Source: Catajapyx aquilonaris (Eukaryota). Taken from it: DNA of 58,159 nucleotides. The stretch is taken from the NCBI GenBank assembly GCA_000934665.2, contig JYFJ02002370.1:1-58159 (forward strand). The letters run 5' to 3'. A program made the translations under genes and the position numbers. The notes under the pieces were generated by a model. That model made no database searches. It had not been told where the DNA came from and saw nothing but the letters and a program-made list of their open reading frames with translations. This document shows, in pieces, positions 38,851-50,894 of this stretch. Each line of letters opens with the position of its first letter. Positions within the stretch are counted from its first letter, which is position 1.

Positions 38851-39720
38851 CCTAATGTTTCAAGTTCATGTAGAAGGGTGTTGTATAAATTTTCACCAGT
38901 GCTACTTTCCACCACTAAAAACTTGATGAAATGTTCATATACTCTTGCTCACATGTAATGCAAAATATCAGTGCGTGGACGTCCAAAGCCATAGTTAAAG
39001 TTACCTTTGAAGAACTTGTAGTTATATTTAACATTTGGCTTGAATAATGATTTGTCAGTTGTTTGATCCTTAACGCCACGGTAAACCAAGAACATGTCAG
39101 GCTCATGTTTTTCGAGATAACATTTCCCACATTGTCATTACCGACAGGTTGCTAGTGAAATAATACTTCTTCCTTCCGCTTCGTCCATAGTGTACCACTC
39201 TCACTGGAAAAGTGCGGATGAAATGCTCAATCAGGACATTAGTATCTTGTGGAATGCGTGAGTGGCCCTTGTGCTTTCCAATTCAATCCTTTGAGGACGA
39301 AATTCCTTCTTGTGCAAGGTCACACAACCTCTGCACTCGTTTCTTGGTGATCCCGTGAAGTGACACAAAAGCCTTTTTTACAGACAACAGTGTCCTGGAA
39401 GCCTATTTTGACCTGCAGGCATAAGGACACGATAATGTTAACATTAAAGTTGTAATGTCATGCAGTTCAACACCTGCTGAATGTTATATCGCACCTTATA
39501 GAAGTAATTTGCGCTCCTTGGACGATTCACCACTGTTGCTGCACGAGGCCTTCTGGTGATTAAGGTATAGGCTTAAGATTTATTCTTAGCCGCTTTGGAG
39601 GTAGGCTTAAGATTTATTCTTAGCCACTTTGAGTGGCTGCCTAGGTAGAATAAGGGCGCCCAGATAGGTGTCCTCTGCATCTTTACTAGCCATGGCATTC
39701 AATTCACCTGTCAGCAGGTC
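38850..39720 (-). mobile_element. Sola-like DNA transposase fragment
   Basis: KKAFVSLHGITKKRVQRLC..KD*IGKH and YKFFKGNFNYGFGRPRTD. Same motif family as 57550-58159. Confidence 0.5.
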
Positions 39721-40499
39721 CTTTGCATTGCTGCTGAATTTTTCATAACATTTGCGCTTTCCAACATGGCGATTGTCCAAATTTGCATTCCTCATTCCTG
39801 TGACATGTTTCAACATTATAGGAATATGATTGTGCATAATTTTGAGAAAAAAATAAGCCTGGAATAAGGAAGCGCTCAGTTTTCTATTTGCACTTCAAAT
39901 ATCATGACAGCTTGCATGAATAGGTATACGTTCAAGACATTATACGTACCTTGGGGTTGATGGACAATGATCATTAGATTGGTCCCATCAGAAATTTCCT
40001 CATTCTCATCATTATCATCATCTTCTTCATATGCCTTGTGCTTTGAATTGTATTGTTGTAAAACGAATTGTTATTTTTTTTAGATCAAATTTCCTGACAA
40101 CGGCAGCCCGGATGTTTTGTACTGCTGGTGTGTTTGTATACACTATCTTTCTTCTCCCACTTGCGTTACATTCGACCAGATACTCCATGATATCTGATAC
40201 ATGAGAAAGAAGTATAACTTACATGAATCTCTGAACAGTTTTCGTTGCACGTAATGTACACTATACCTATCACTTATTATTCTAGAAGACCACATGGCAG
40301 AGTGTGCTTTGCAATGACGATGAATCAGCGTGGAATCAGCTATGTAATTTGTAGATGGGGAAGGGTGTAATGCCCTTATGTGTATGTTGTGTTACGTGAG
40401 TCAACTGATTTGTGGGTGTAACTAGGTACCCATGAAAATGTAAGTCAAAGTCAACAATAATTGAACATTGCTTGTTCTCCATAGACGTACAAGGCAATT

Positions 40500-41050
40500 A
40501 TTTTGGCAAACAAGGTTCATCATCCTGCATGTCTGTCACAACTGCTGTATTGGGGTAATATGTCTGTCCACTCTGGGTTACATGGCGGCATTTAATAACA
40601 GTTGTATGGCCAATAAAATGTGGGCTTTCTTTTACCAATGCTAGGTGCTCATCGTCAATTGTGGCCCTTGGAAAGGGAACATGTCATGTTTTCGTGGGGG
40701 AAAAAATCACTTGAAAAGTAATAGCACTGCTTCAGCTGGTGCCTCTTAGCAATCGTTAACCTTATATTCTTTTTATTCCTAGAGAGCTGGGCCCACTGCT
40801 TCACAGGGCAATGAGCATAATTGATTGCAATTTAGAATAATGTTTCATACTGAAATTGTCAAGCTTGCAATAAAATGCAGTTTGCTTATGTATACCCTGC
40901 TTCGCTCCAGTAGCATTACATGGTTGAAAGACGTCCACGGACAATATGATTTGCAGGGCTTGAATATCTTTTGAAAATAACGGATGGTTTTAAAAATTAC
41001 TTCCGTCCCTATAATTTCGTAGAATTCCGTCACCTGAAAGTGACAGGGTT
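40500..41050 (-). mobile_element. Possible decayed piggyBac transposase fragment
   Basis: ERSRVYISKLHFI..DN (cf. MSRxRFxxIxxxLHFxDN) and a downstream MFPF/KGH..K remnant. Confidence 0.3.
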
Positions 41051-42699
41051 CAATATCTCATGCAGTGTATCCACGTGCTGAAACAAACTAGATAGCTGCT
41101 GTTTCAGTGGTTTCAGCATTGATTCCTTGCAACCAGTTTCACTACATATCCCCAACTGTATTGTTACTGGTTCTACTAATCCAAATGCAAATGCACTACA
41201 AATTCAAATGCTAATCCAAGAGCTAATGATCAAGCTCAACTTAGGATTCAACACAGCAAGGTGTGTTGTGGGACACAAATACGTGTGCCGCTTCTCTGGG
41301 TGTTATGCAAAGGAAGCATATTTCTTCCTTCACGTCCACGTTGGGGACAGAAGAGCGTGGGGAGCGACGCTCAGTCGAATCATTTTCTTCATCTATCAGG
41401 TCCATCACCGCTCGACACACTGGGAACAGCGTCATTCTGTTTTCGTGTCAGTGCATCTACCAGCTCATCTAGCTTCCGGTGGCTGTAAGGGACGGGTGCA
41501 CTGCTTATGCCATTTAGCACGCCGACTAATCAAAGTGGATTCAATACCACTGCCCTCATCTAAGATATCGACAGCCTGGCCAGATGGTAGCTGATAACTG
41601 CTATTTCAGTTTAAGAAATAAGAATCAATAAAAATAGTCGTGCACAATACAAAAAATACATGCTAGACAAATGCAGTAGACAGAGACGCTAATGACGTGA
41701 TTACTATTCCGAAAGCTTGCCTGAACCACAATCGACGCATGCTGTTAATAAGAGATGAAGAACTGGACGGATGGCCATCCACCTCCATTCGTCACCATGT
41801 CGCAATACGCCTGCACTAATCACAGTGATGAGACAACTGAACTATAGCCGTCGACAGGGCGATTTGGCACTGACCTAGCAGTGCTACGGGTATCCTTTTG
41901 AGGTGAGGAACAAGTCTCCTCACAAAGGCCTCATGCTCGTTCATTTGGGAGTCATTGGAGCTACTACGTCCGGGCAGGAAGCTCGTTCGCTAGTTGGTTC
42001 CGCCTTGCTGTACGACTTCTCACTCCTGTTGGGGTCAAAGTAGGAAGACCGTCGGTCCCCTGAACGGGGATTAATTATACAGCTGGGGTACGAGTGTTAC
42101 GGGGCTGCTCAGGACTATGCCTTTTCTAAAAATGTCGAAGTCAGATTTTCGGTATTTTGTTTGAGGTGCGTGCTTCTTTAGAAGAAGGTATGATGTCCGC
42201 AAATCTAGTGCTATTGGTCCGTAAAAATTTGGCGTGTTTCCTAGGCGAGGAAATCCATTTTATTTTTTGTGTGCATTAGAAGAAATTGATGCCGGAGTAA
42301 ACTGACCACTCCCCTGTCACAGGCGTACTGGTACGTGAGGATGGTCGGAAACTACATCCTCAGATCTTACGGGAACTGGCCCATGACCATGTCGTCCCAG
42401 GCCCTCAGTGTGACGTTGCACCCTACGCCTGAACAACCGTAATAGTCCCCATGTGGGTGTCATAATCGAGTGCATTTGCTGGAGGGACATTAAAAGTCAT
42501 CGATGTTAACTTTTAGAATATCATTCTGCTGGTTGTGTTTTTCCATTTCCTTACCTAGTTGTCTGAGAACAAAGACGAGTTATACAGGTACCTATACCTG
42601 ATCGACATTACGTCATATATCGTAAATGTGCCTGATGTATGATTTTTCCCATCAAAAATCTCAGTTATTATTTTCATAGACATCCACAAGCGGCCGAAG

Positions 42700-43010
42700 T
42701 TTCAAAAGAAGATTCTGTGTAACTCTGACACAGAATCTTCGGCAGCTTGTAGATGTCTTCTTAGTCGTGGGATCTCTCTAAGGATACCATCTTCAGAAAG
42801 TTCATCGTAGTTTACGACTAGGACTTGAACTAACAGTGGAAGTTCGTCACAAGTTGTGATCAGATTCTTGGGCTCAAGAATTGCAAACCGAGCTGATATA
42901 CTTTCCATGTCTGCAACGAGTGTCTATTTCTCGATAAAAACCTGTCAATGCACGCCAACATTGATCTTTTCAACTCTTCATTCAACGTGAGTGGTTCATC
43001 TAAATGAAGG
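42700..43010 (-). mobile_element. hAT transposase C-terminal fragment
   Basis: ISARFAILEPKNL..LVVNYDELSEDGILREIPRLRRHL is typical of the region preceding the hAT dimerisation domain. Confidence 0.5.
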
Positions 43011-43074
43011 AATGCCATGTCCCGCAGAGTTACACTTTAAAGAATGACGTAGTCGCCTGAAACTTCAGAAGATG

Positions 43075-43128
<54 letters not shown>
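43075..43128. repeat. (AAT)n microsatellite
   Basis: Directly visible. Confidence 0.95.
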
Positions 43129-43679
43129 TCGGAGATACAACTATTCACTACTGAAAGATTTTATTTTCATTCTGCATAATTATTATTATGACTGTTGCAA
43201 AGCGAGGCAAGAAGGCCTTCACACTCGCTTTGCAACAGTCAGATTCTGATAAAAGGTGTGATAAGGGGGAATAGCCCGACTGGTGCTTCAGTAGGCCCTG
43301 GTGTACGTGTCTGGATTAATCTGCAATGGCGCATTGTACAGCTCCTTTACCTCTCCTGGTTCACCCGATGTCCTTCCATTCGCCTTCCTGGGCAGCTTGT
43401 GCACAAATCGCATTGATCTTTCATAGGCCGGTGAAATCCCAGGTTATACTCCCCGTGTTGAGAACATGAAGGTAGAGTGATTTATTTCCCGGAACTACTT
43501 TCTTGTGTTGACAAAAGTGAACATAGTCCAGGTAGAGTCGTGTATGGGAAAAATCCCCTGCAAGATACTGCCTTTTTGATCTAGCCCGAACGTAATGTCC
43601 TGATACAACTGGGATGGAATTGATATATGCGCGAATGATGTCTCTGACAGCTTCGGTCTTCTGAGGGGGAGTGTTTTTC

Positions 43680-44275
43680 CCACGTTCAACCAGAATAAAG
43701 TTTGGCGATCGTCCTCAGGATGGAGATAGGCCGCCAGTTGGCCGGGTCCGCCGTGTCCCCATTCTTGTGGATAAGCACGGTGGAGATGTTCTTCACGAGT
43801 CAGGAACCCATCGGAACCGGAGACAGATGTTGAAGATGGTCGTCAACAAGGCGGCCTCCGGGTCCAGTCCCCGCCAGTGACCATATGTGAGCCTGTCTTC
43901 CCCAGGGGCCGAGTTCTCACACCTACGGAGGCGACCACCAACCTCGCTCTGGGTGAAACGCTCCATTGGGACCTCAGGTCGCTCCCTCCTTTGAATATAG
44001 AATGAAGGGTCACATGGCCGCGGGTGGTGCACATCCTGGAAGAACTGCTCCAGCTGCTCCTTCTCAATGGTGCACCTTCTCCTTGCATAATCAGCCGAAC
44101 CGCCCGCCTCCGGTTGCGTCTATACAATGCCTGGATGGTCTTGGCATCATTGACATCGAGGGGGGGGGGGGGGGNGGGGTCGATTCGGAGCAGGGGACCT
44201 ACGGGGAGGCAGCTTGATGGTGGTGGCAGCAGTGGCAGTCACCTCCTCCAGGACAGACTGGAATCGTTCCCTTTG
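43680..44275 (-). mobile_element. R2-group (NeSL/Utopia-like) non-LTR retrotransposon RT N-terminal fragment
   Basis: LYRRNRRRAVRLI, then RLRRCENSAPGEDRLTYGHWRGLDPEAALLTTIFNICLRFRWVPDS* and ANWRPISILRTIAKLYSG. Confidence 0.8.
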
Positions 44276-44660
44276 ATGGAGAATTTTTGCTTCCTTGGCC
44301 GTACCATTGCTCCTGTAAATAATAAATTGCAAGGAGTATATTCTATTAATGATGTAGAACGTCCCTTTAAAATATAATTATAATGAATTTTAATGGCTGA
44401 AAATGTTCAAAAAAAGTGTTGGTGGAGGTCGCCTATCTGTTGCCTAACGAATATACGACATGTTGCACTGGCCCATCCTCCATTTTTTTTTCCTAGCCAC
44501 CTTCCACACCTCCTCCACATGTTTATAAAGTGTTTGAACATATGTATCAGGCATGAATGGTCTTTAAATTCTGAGTAGCGAGCGTGTCACGCCAGTGTCC
44601 GCTCAGTGTAACACCACCCTTACTGTCCACCAAAATGACCATGGAGGTCTGACACTCTTA

Positions 44661-45520
44661 TAGAGCAAAGTATAAACCAATCACAAATGCCTGTATGAAC
44701 CAACACTTCAATGAAACGACTGCTTATGTAATGAAAAGAAATGGCGTGTACGTAGGCGTTGAATCAAGGGGGCAGCAACTTGCAAGTATAACTGGTGTAC
44801 GTACACTTTCCGCGAGTAACCGGGTGCAACCGGGGAAGTAACTAGGGAGTAACCGGTGTACACTTTTTCAAAGACTTGCAACCCCCTTGCGTTGAATGCA
44901 TTTTAAGCACTTCCCGTGCCCATCTCTCGCTGCGTGACCTACGTGCAACAAGAGACGAGTGTCAGCCTCTTCTGCAGGGGCAAACCATGTCGAAGTGTAG
45001 GGTCGGTGGGCTGACAAGGACTCCTTCGTCAAGGGTGGTACACAGTATTTTCCCGTCAATGGAGAGGCCGGACACACTTGTGGCAAGCAAACGGAAGAGC
45101 TCCACCTTGTTTTGAATTTCTCGCAGGAAATTGACCCAACCTTTTAGGAATCTTGGTGTTCAGAGTAACCCACGTCCTGCTACCCTGACCCCGCTTTTCG
45201 CGGGTCGCCCTTTTCAGGCTGTCAGGTATATACAGGTATATACCAGTGCAAATGAAAAAATCACGGTGGAAGTATTCAGTATGACATTTCACGCAAGCAA
45301 CAAAGTACATACGCATGTGAAAATTCAACGCGAACCTATCCCACACGATGTCCAGGCGGGTTATACAGTGGATCACTCATTTCTGATGTAGGGCAGAAAC
45401 ACCCTCTCCGCATATTCCTTGAAGGTGACACATAGGCCAGGCTTCAACATATGCACGATTACTGCACCATCCAGAAATTTTGCCTGTACTAATGGACATG
45501 TCTCTTCTGTGCTTTTGCCT
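44661..45520 (-). mobile_element. Academ (XPG-type) transposon fragment
   Basis: KFLDGAVIVHMLKPG, LDIVWDR, YIPDSLKRATREKRGQG and AEEADTRLLLHVGHAA. A possible TAG terminus at 44661 and short subterminal repeats (taaccggtgtacac-like) at about 44790-44865. Confidence 0.7.
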
Positions 45521-45559
45521 GTCATTTTGAGCAGGCACTGACTCCAGAGGTCTGACTTG

Positions 45560-45900
45560 CTCGAGCTACCCCGAAGAAGAGGGGACTCTGTATCATGAAA
45601 ACATGTGCTGTTGTTGCAGCATTTTCACTATCAAATGCTGTGCCAACAATATTGCCTGCCTTGTAATCTATGCGAGGTTTTAAATATATTTCGTCTATCC
45701 TTAGAGTAACCTTGAGATCAGACAAATCAAGTGCTGAAAACTTCTGCTTTGTGAATGACAAAAGCATGATCATCAGACTGCTCCATGGATGGGTTTGTAT
45801 GTAAAGGAGCACAAATTTTTCCGATTGTTCTGGGATGAGGCATCACTATGCAACCTGAACCTCTGCAGAATTTGTACACATGTGGAGATGCTACAGTCGG
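45560..45900 (-). mobile_element. P-element/THAP9-like transposase fragment (first catalytic D region)
   Basis: SPHVYKFCRGSGCIVMPHPRTI, then VTLRIDEIYLKPRIDYKAGNIVG..AATTAHVFMIQS. Confidence 0.8.
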
Positions 45901-46049
45901 ATATACCTTTCTCAGCAGTGATTTAATTTTTAGTCCTACATTGTTATACTCATATAATTTTACAGTGTTGCTTCGGCTGAAATTGAATGCTTAGACTACA
46001 CATATTGATGCACACTATAACATGACGCGCCTGGCTTTCGACTTCCTTC

Positions 46050-46400
46050 CACCATCATGCTCTTCTTCCGCATCTGCAGCTCTCCGTTTTGACGTCGTCT
46101 TCCGACATTGGAAAGCTGTTTGGGCGTCCGTAATGTACTGTGGATTCCTGATTGGCATATTTCTGGTGTTTCTGGGATCTCTGGCAGTAGGCAATCCATG
46201 TAAAAGGCTTTCAATTTTGGCTCAAATTTTTTTTAATCCCAAAACGTATCGTCCCGGAGTATGCGTTCAGTCTTCACCCCCCTGATAGGTCCAAACTGCG
46301 AATATGGCATACTTCCTCCTCGTCACGTGGAGCTGCCCCTGGACCTGATAGTAGTAGGGGGTGGTTCGTGTTTATCCCTGTGATTTCGGTTTTCGCTCTG
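46050..46400 (-). mobile_element. YqaJ/lambda-exonuclease-like domain C-terminal fragment (ISL2EU/Kolobok-associated type), copy 1
   Basis: NH..YYYQVQGQLHVTRR..ERILRDDTFW..KLKAFYMDCLLPEI..RNMPIRNPQY. Confidence 0.8.
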
Positions 46401-46493
46401 TTCACATTCCACACTGTTACTTTCCTTTGCAAAATGCGCCTCGCAAAGCGAGTCACTACATAAAACTGCACAGTACCCACAGAGGCAACTAAC

Positions 46494-46628
46494 CTGAGCA
46501 TCCATGACAGTTTTGGCACTCTCTTCCTTTATGAAGGTGACGGTAGCAGAATTGAAGGCATTCCCAAGCTTATTAAGAATCTCCTCCACATGGACTGCCA
46601 GTATGTGCCCAAAGTCGTGGAAGAATTT
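46494..46628 (-). other. 135-bp phase-0 exon encoding part of an RRM domain, copy 1
   Basis: taacatttgcag|KFFHDFGHILAVHVEEILNKLGNAFNSATVTFIKEESAKTVMDAQ|gttagt. Canonical splice sites; FGxIxxV and RNP1-like SATVTF followed by EESA. Confidence 0.65.
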
Positions 46629-47499
46629 CTGCAAATGTTAACATGGGATGAGCCAAGGTTTTTAAAACCACAAGCTGACTTGCGTGTCCATATTTATGCA
46701 GCTACAAGTTCACAATATTCTCTACTAGAAACAAGCGGCATCAACAGGTGAGCATATCATCATACAATCAAGTAATGAAAAATCGAGTAATGAGTAGTGA
46801 AAAATGGATCTGAGTACAATCTATGAATAATGGCAGTGAAGATTACCTCGACGTCTTGCCTCTTCCATTCCATTGGAATAGGATAAAAATAAATTGTCTT
46901 CTGTATGTGAAGATAAGTCATTTCTTTTGGGTACTCTGAATCTGAAACAAGTCGGAAAGATTACAATAACTCTGGACTCAATACGCATTGGTACACCCTG
47001 CACAATATAGGTGAAGGCAGTAGGGTAAATATTGCATTACACATGCCACGATAAAATCACCTGCAGGTCAGGATAGTCGTGTTCGTTTCTAGCATCATTA
47101 GTGCATTCGCGCGTATGTGGGAATCCCATGACGGATATTTACCTGAGCAATGAATGTGTGATATCTGTAGCTATAAGTGAAAAGGTAAAGCCTACTCACC
47201 CGATACTGCCAAAACGTTGGCTTTATAAAAGCCGGATCCGCCAGTTCGTCGTGATCAAGTGCTTCGCCTTTCCAACTGAAGATCCAGTCGTTGCAGTTCC
47301 CGGATGGACCTTACGTCCTGCTTGTCCACGTCTTTGCACCAAAATACTTCATGCACCGCCTCCTTGTTCACTGTCTTCTCTGATGGCAGATGATTTTTTT
47401 TCTCAAATACGGAAGGCACGACTCTCTCTCTTTTTTTGTTATCAAAAGTATATCTCACAACGGAAAACATGTTTCTTGCAGGCGGATATCAGCCGAGTG

Positions 47500-48330
47500 T
47501 TCAGGTAAAAGGTGAGCATCCACTTTGTGACATCCCGTGAGGGCTCCTCGCACCCAACTGTGGTGGACATGCCCACTTTAGTCGCTTCCTCAACAACTGG
47601 AAGATCATCGAAGGAAGTTAAAATTCATCAGCACCATATCTGGCGGATATGAAAACATGAATTATTTCATTTCTTACCATCAAATATTATATGTCTATAC
47701 AGGGGGCCTCTCTCCAGGACATTGAGGATGGCCGTCTCCAGCCTGTATATAATGTCCGTGAGTTCATCTGACGGCGCGAACAGGTATCCATGACTGCGAC
47801 ACTGAATGAGATCCTCGTCTTCATTCGGGTGTGGTGGCAAAACAGCATGCACATTGCGCAAGGGTTTGCGTCGGTACATTTCATTGCCTTTCTCACGACA
47901 TAACCGGTAAATTGGTGTAGTGTTCTCGATCCTGGTTTTTCGTGCAACTACCTTCAGGCTGTACGTGTCGTGAAAGGCGTGGAATAATAACTTAAAGGTT
48001 GGAAATAACGAAGTACCGTAGTTGTTTTCTGGCATTTATGGTAGACGATACTATAAATCATTGCACTTGAACAATGTCAAGCGTTAGAGTGTTAGACTGC
48101 ACAAATGAACATTACCTTTTTGCCTACGAGATAAGTCGATTCGTCTTTAGGGTTGTACGTGACCAAATCAGAAATGGAAGATATGTTGGCAAGCACCTCC
48201 GGTTTTACTAATTAATCTTCCCAGAAGGGATTTGAGCAGCATGTACACGTCTTCGCCTAAAAACGGCAACATCGGTTTGTCCGTTTGATATTTTTTGAGT
48301 CAGCTTGTTTGCAATGCATGCAAAGAAGCT
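47500..48330 (-). mobile_element. P-element/THAP9-like transposase C-terminal fragment
   Basis: PTFKLLF..TYSLK, GYVVRKAMKCT..CAMC and LIQCRSHGYLFAPSDELTDIIYRLE. Confidence 0.6.
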
Positions 48331-49069
48331 TAATTTGGCCACCATAAATTTATCTTTGCGTGAATCACGCAGCACTCTCTCTGTGTGTAACTGTCACCTG
48401 ATGGCTCCTTCCCTGTCTCGCCATTCACCTCCGGGACGATGGTATCGTCCGTGTTGGCTTCCCCCTTCTTCCCTGGGTAAAACTCGGTTATCCGGGACTG
48501 CCCCGGGGTGGTTACTGCCCCCGCCCCCGGTCTTCCTCCAGCTACCTGGTGCCCTTGCCCCTCCTCCTGCCCTCCCTCAGCGCTCTTCCTTCCCATCCTT
48601 CCCCTTCAACCTTCTCTCCCTCCGGAGCTGACACACCACTCAACTTGCTTTTCTGGGAGTAAAGCCTATGAGAGGCAATCCTGGGATTCACACGAACAAA
48701 ATGCCAGGCATCAAGTCGCTGCCAACCCTGGTGTAGACCTACTTCTGTCTGCAACCTGTAACTGATGCGATTGCAGAGCTAGGTGACTATGATGATTTGG
48801 AATGCTGGAGACCACCGTGCTGTGAACAGTGGGGTAGGATGGTGATCGATGGTGATGATGATGGAACAAATGGCTGTCGAAGATTGGCGGCGATAGGGGT
48901 GGCGCGGCGCCAGCGCCAGTGGCTGGTTGATTACACACTTTGTTCTTCAGCTGGGAATAAATCCCTTCTCCAGCGCGACGGGGCTGACGGGCTATGATTC
49001 GGAATCAACGGGTTGTTCGGAATGGATTCTCAGCGTAATGTCAGTCTATGGCGTTCTCGGCCCGAAGAG

Positions 49070-49196
49070 CGTATTATGCAGTATTGAAGGCGTGTGGAAC
49101 AGCATAAGTAATAATTATCATATATTGAGGCTTACCCATTCCCTCACAATATGAGCCATGTGAATCGGTGATCTGACCTGGACCATATAGAAACAT
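49070..49196 (-). mobile_element. Tc1/mariner transposase fragment (partial duplicate of 55250-55368)
   Basis: FYMVQVRSPIHMAHIVREW (cf. FxQDNxPxHxAxxVxxW). Nucleotide match to 55250-55368. Confidence 0.65.
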
Positions 49197-49199
49197 CCA

Positions 49200-49760
49200 T
49201 CGGCGAATTCCGCGAGCACAGAGGCTTCAAGGCTATCAACTGTTTCTGTGATCACATTCGCAATGGCCTCTCCCGTCACACCATTTTTGGAATCCACATA
49301 CCTGACGAAGTCTTCTCTCACATCCAGTGTTTCCTCGTGTACTTATCTGATCACCATTGGGTGCTGCTCCGTGTTGCTACTGTCTGTTGCCTCATCTGCC
49401 ATGATAGAGAAGTACCCTGCACTCTTAATATCGTTAACAATTTTTGGCGTAATAAAGTCTCCACAACAGGAGATGAGTTCAGGAGATGAGATAAGTAGCG
49501 TGTCTGGGGGCATTCTCAAGATGTTCTTGTGAAACTTTGTCACCTGCAACAATTCTAAATTCCAACAGCTTCTGGAAATTCCCCGTGTTTTCATTACCAA
49601 GTCAGTGTTGGCTGTCATCACGATGACCTCTCAAAGATATGTTTTGGCGGCCACAAAAAATGACAGTCTTTAAAATTGACTCTACATTTTTTGTTTTGTT
49701 TTGTTTGCCTGAACTCGTTCAGCTATCGCGTTGTTGAGCTGTAGGTGAACGGGTACCGTG
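49200..49760 (-). mobile_element. hAT transposase fragment (P52rIPK/THAP12-like)
   Basis: SILKTVIFCGRQNISLRGHRDD, KIVNDIKSAGYFSIMADEATDSSNTEQ..VIR and VREDFVRYVD..VTGEAIANVI. Confidence 0.9.
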
Positions 49761-50039
49761 AAAATTTAGGTTTTAGGACAGAGGATTGGCATTGCTACTC
49801 GCCCTCCGGCCCGATCAGGGCCCTAAACCTAAACCGTATGCACAACAATTACACAACAAACGGGGAATCCCATGGGTAGTAAACCGCCCACGGCCCCGCC
49901 GGAGTGGGCAACAAGCCCCCGGGGAAACCAGGCCGGCGCAGGGCGCAGCCGACAAGGAGCCCAGGGGGCCCCACCCAAACTGAAACCTAATCCTCCTAAA
50001 AACAGCGCCCCGTCCTCCCAGGCCCGGCCACTACTGCAA

Positions 50040-50632
50040 GCCGCTATGTATAAGTCAGCAGTTTCAGAGCAATATTTCTCAAATTCTGCTATGTCAATAC
50101 TGTATCCGCTAGCAAGTGTTCTTAAAATGATGCCCAAGCGTTTGATGAGGATTTCATCAACACCGGTTATATCTGAAGCCAAGGTAGGATTGCAGACAAA
50201 CTTCCGAGCCGTATTGCCATCATTGCTCGTACCGAATCCTGGTTTCGGGATGTCGACCAGAAGTCCCATTTCATCCCGGAAACTATCTTGAATGACCTTT
50301 TTTCGGACCTCAACCCGCTCTTTGTCAGGCTTTCGAATTTGCCAAGATTGCATTTCTAGCCTGTACGCGACGTGCAAGATGCACTCAAAGCACTTAATCC
50401 ATGCGTGCAGGCTCGATATCCCCAGCGTCAATGCGGCATCGTTCGGTTCTTTTCCACGGACAAGTTGTAAATTGTTCATCTGCTTAGGAGTCGCGCCACA
50501 AACGTGACAGTTCTGCGGCGCCTGATTCATAAGAACACTGCAAATTTTTCCCTCGATCATGCTGAGAGCTAGCTCTGGTTTGACATGTATTTCGCGCCCT
50601 TCTACTTGTACAACAGTAGGAGACAATTCCAA
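50040..50632 (-). mobile_element. Transib transposase core fragment (RAG1-related)
   Basis: LSMIEGKICS..NCHVCGATPKQMN..LGISSLHAWIKCFECILHVAYRL..MGLLVDIPKPGFGTSNDGNTARKF. Confidence 0.92.
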
Positions 50633-50635
50633 TAT

Positions 50636-50850
50636 TATTGTGTTCCTCCAGCCGGGCAAGGCCTTCCCGGAGATCGCCCTTAGGCGGCAAGTAGACGTTG
50701 ACTAAGGTGAACTCCAGCTCTCCCGATCGAATCGTGTATGCCTTAATGATGGGGCTCGACAGGGTGACCAGGCTGACAACCCTGGTTTCCCTAGCGTAAA
50801 CGACCAAAGCCACCGACGCCTCCTCCGAAGAAGGTATAGGTGCCTTAATT
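50636..50850 (-). mobile_element. Non-LTR retrotransposon APE endonuclease fragment
   Basis: ALVVYAR..EFTLVNVYLPP is an APE-type endonuclease motif. Higher GC than its neighbours. Confidence 0.55.
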
Positions 50851-50894
50851 ACAAGAAGTCACCAGTAATACTCCAGGCAATGAAGGGTCTAACC

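Noticed and set aside
48330..49000. LINE ORF1 (gag-like) fragment
   Set aside because: GC-rich, low-complexity coding-like sequence, but no intact zinc knuckle or other diagnostic motif is visible.
49829..50659. Longest ORF (276 aa) as an intact gene or domesticated RAG1-like gene
   Set aside because: Chimeric read-through. Only 50040-50632 is Transib; both ends come from unrelated flanking fragments and catalytic regions are missing.
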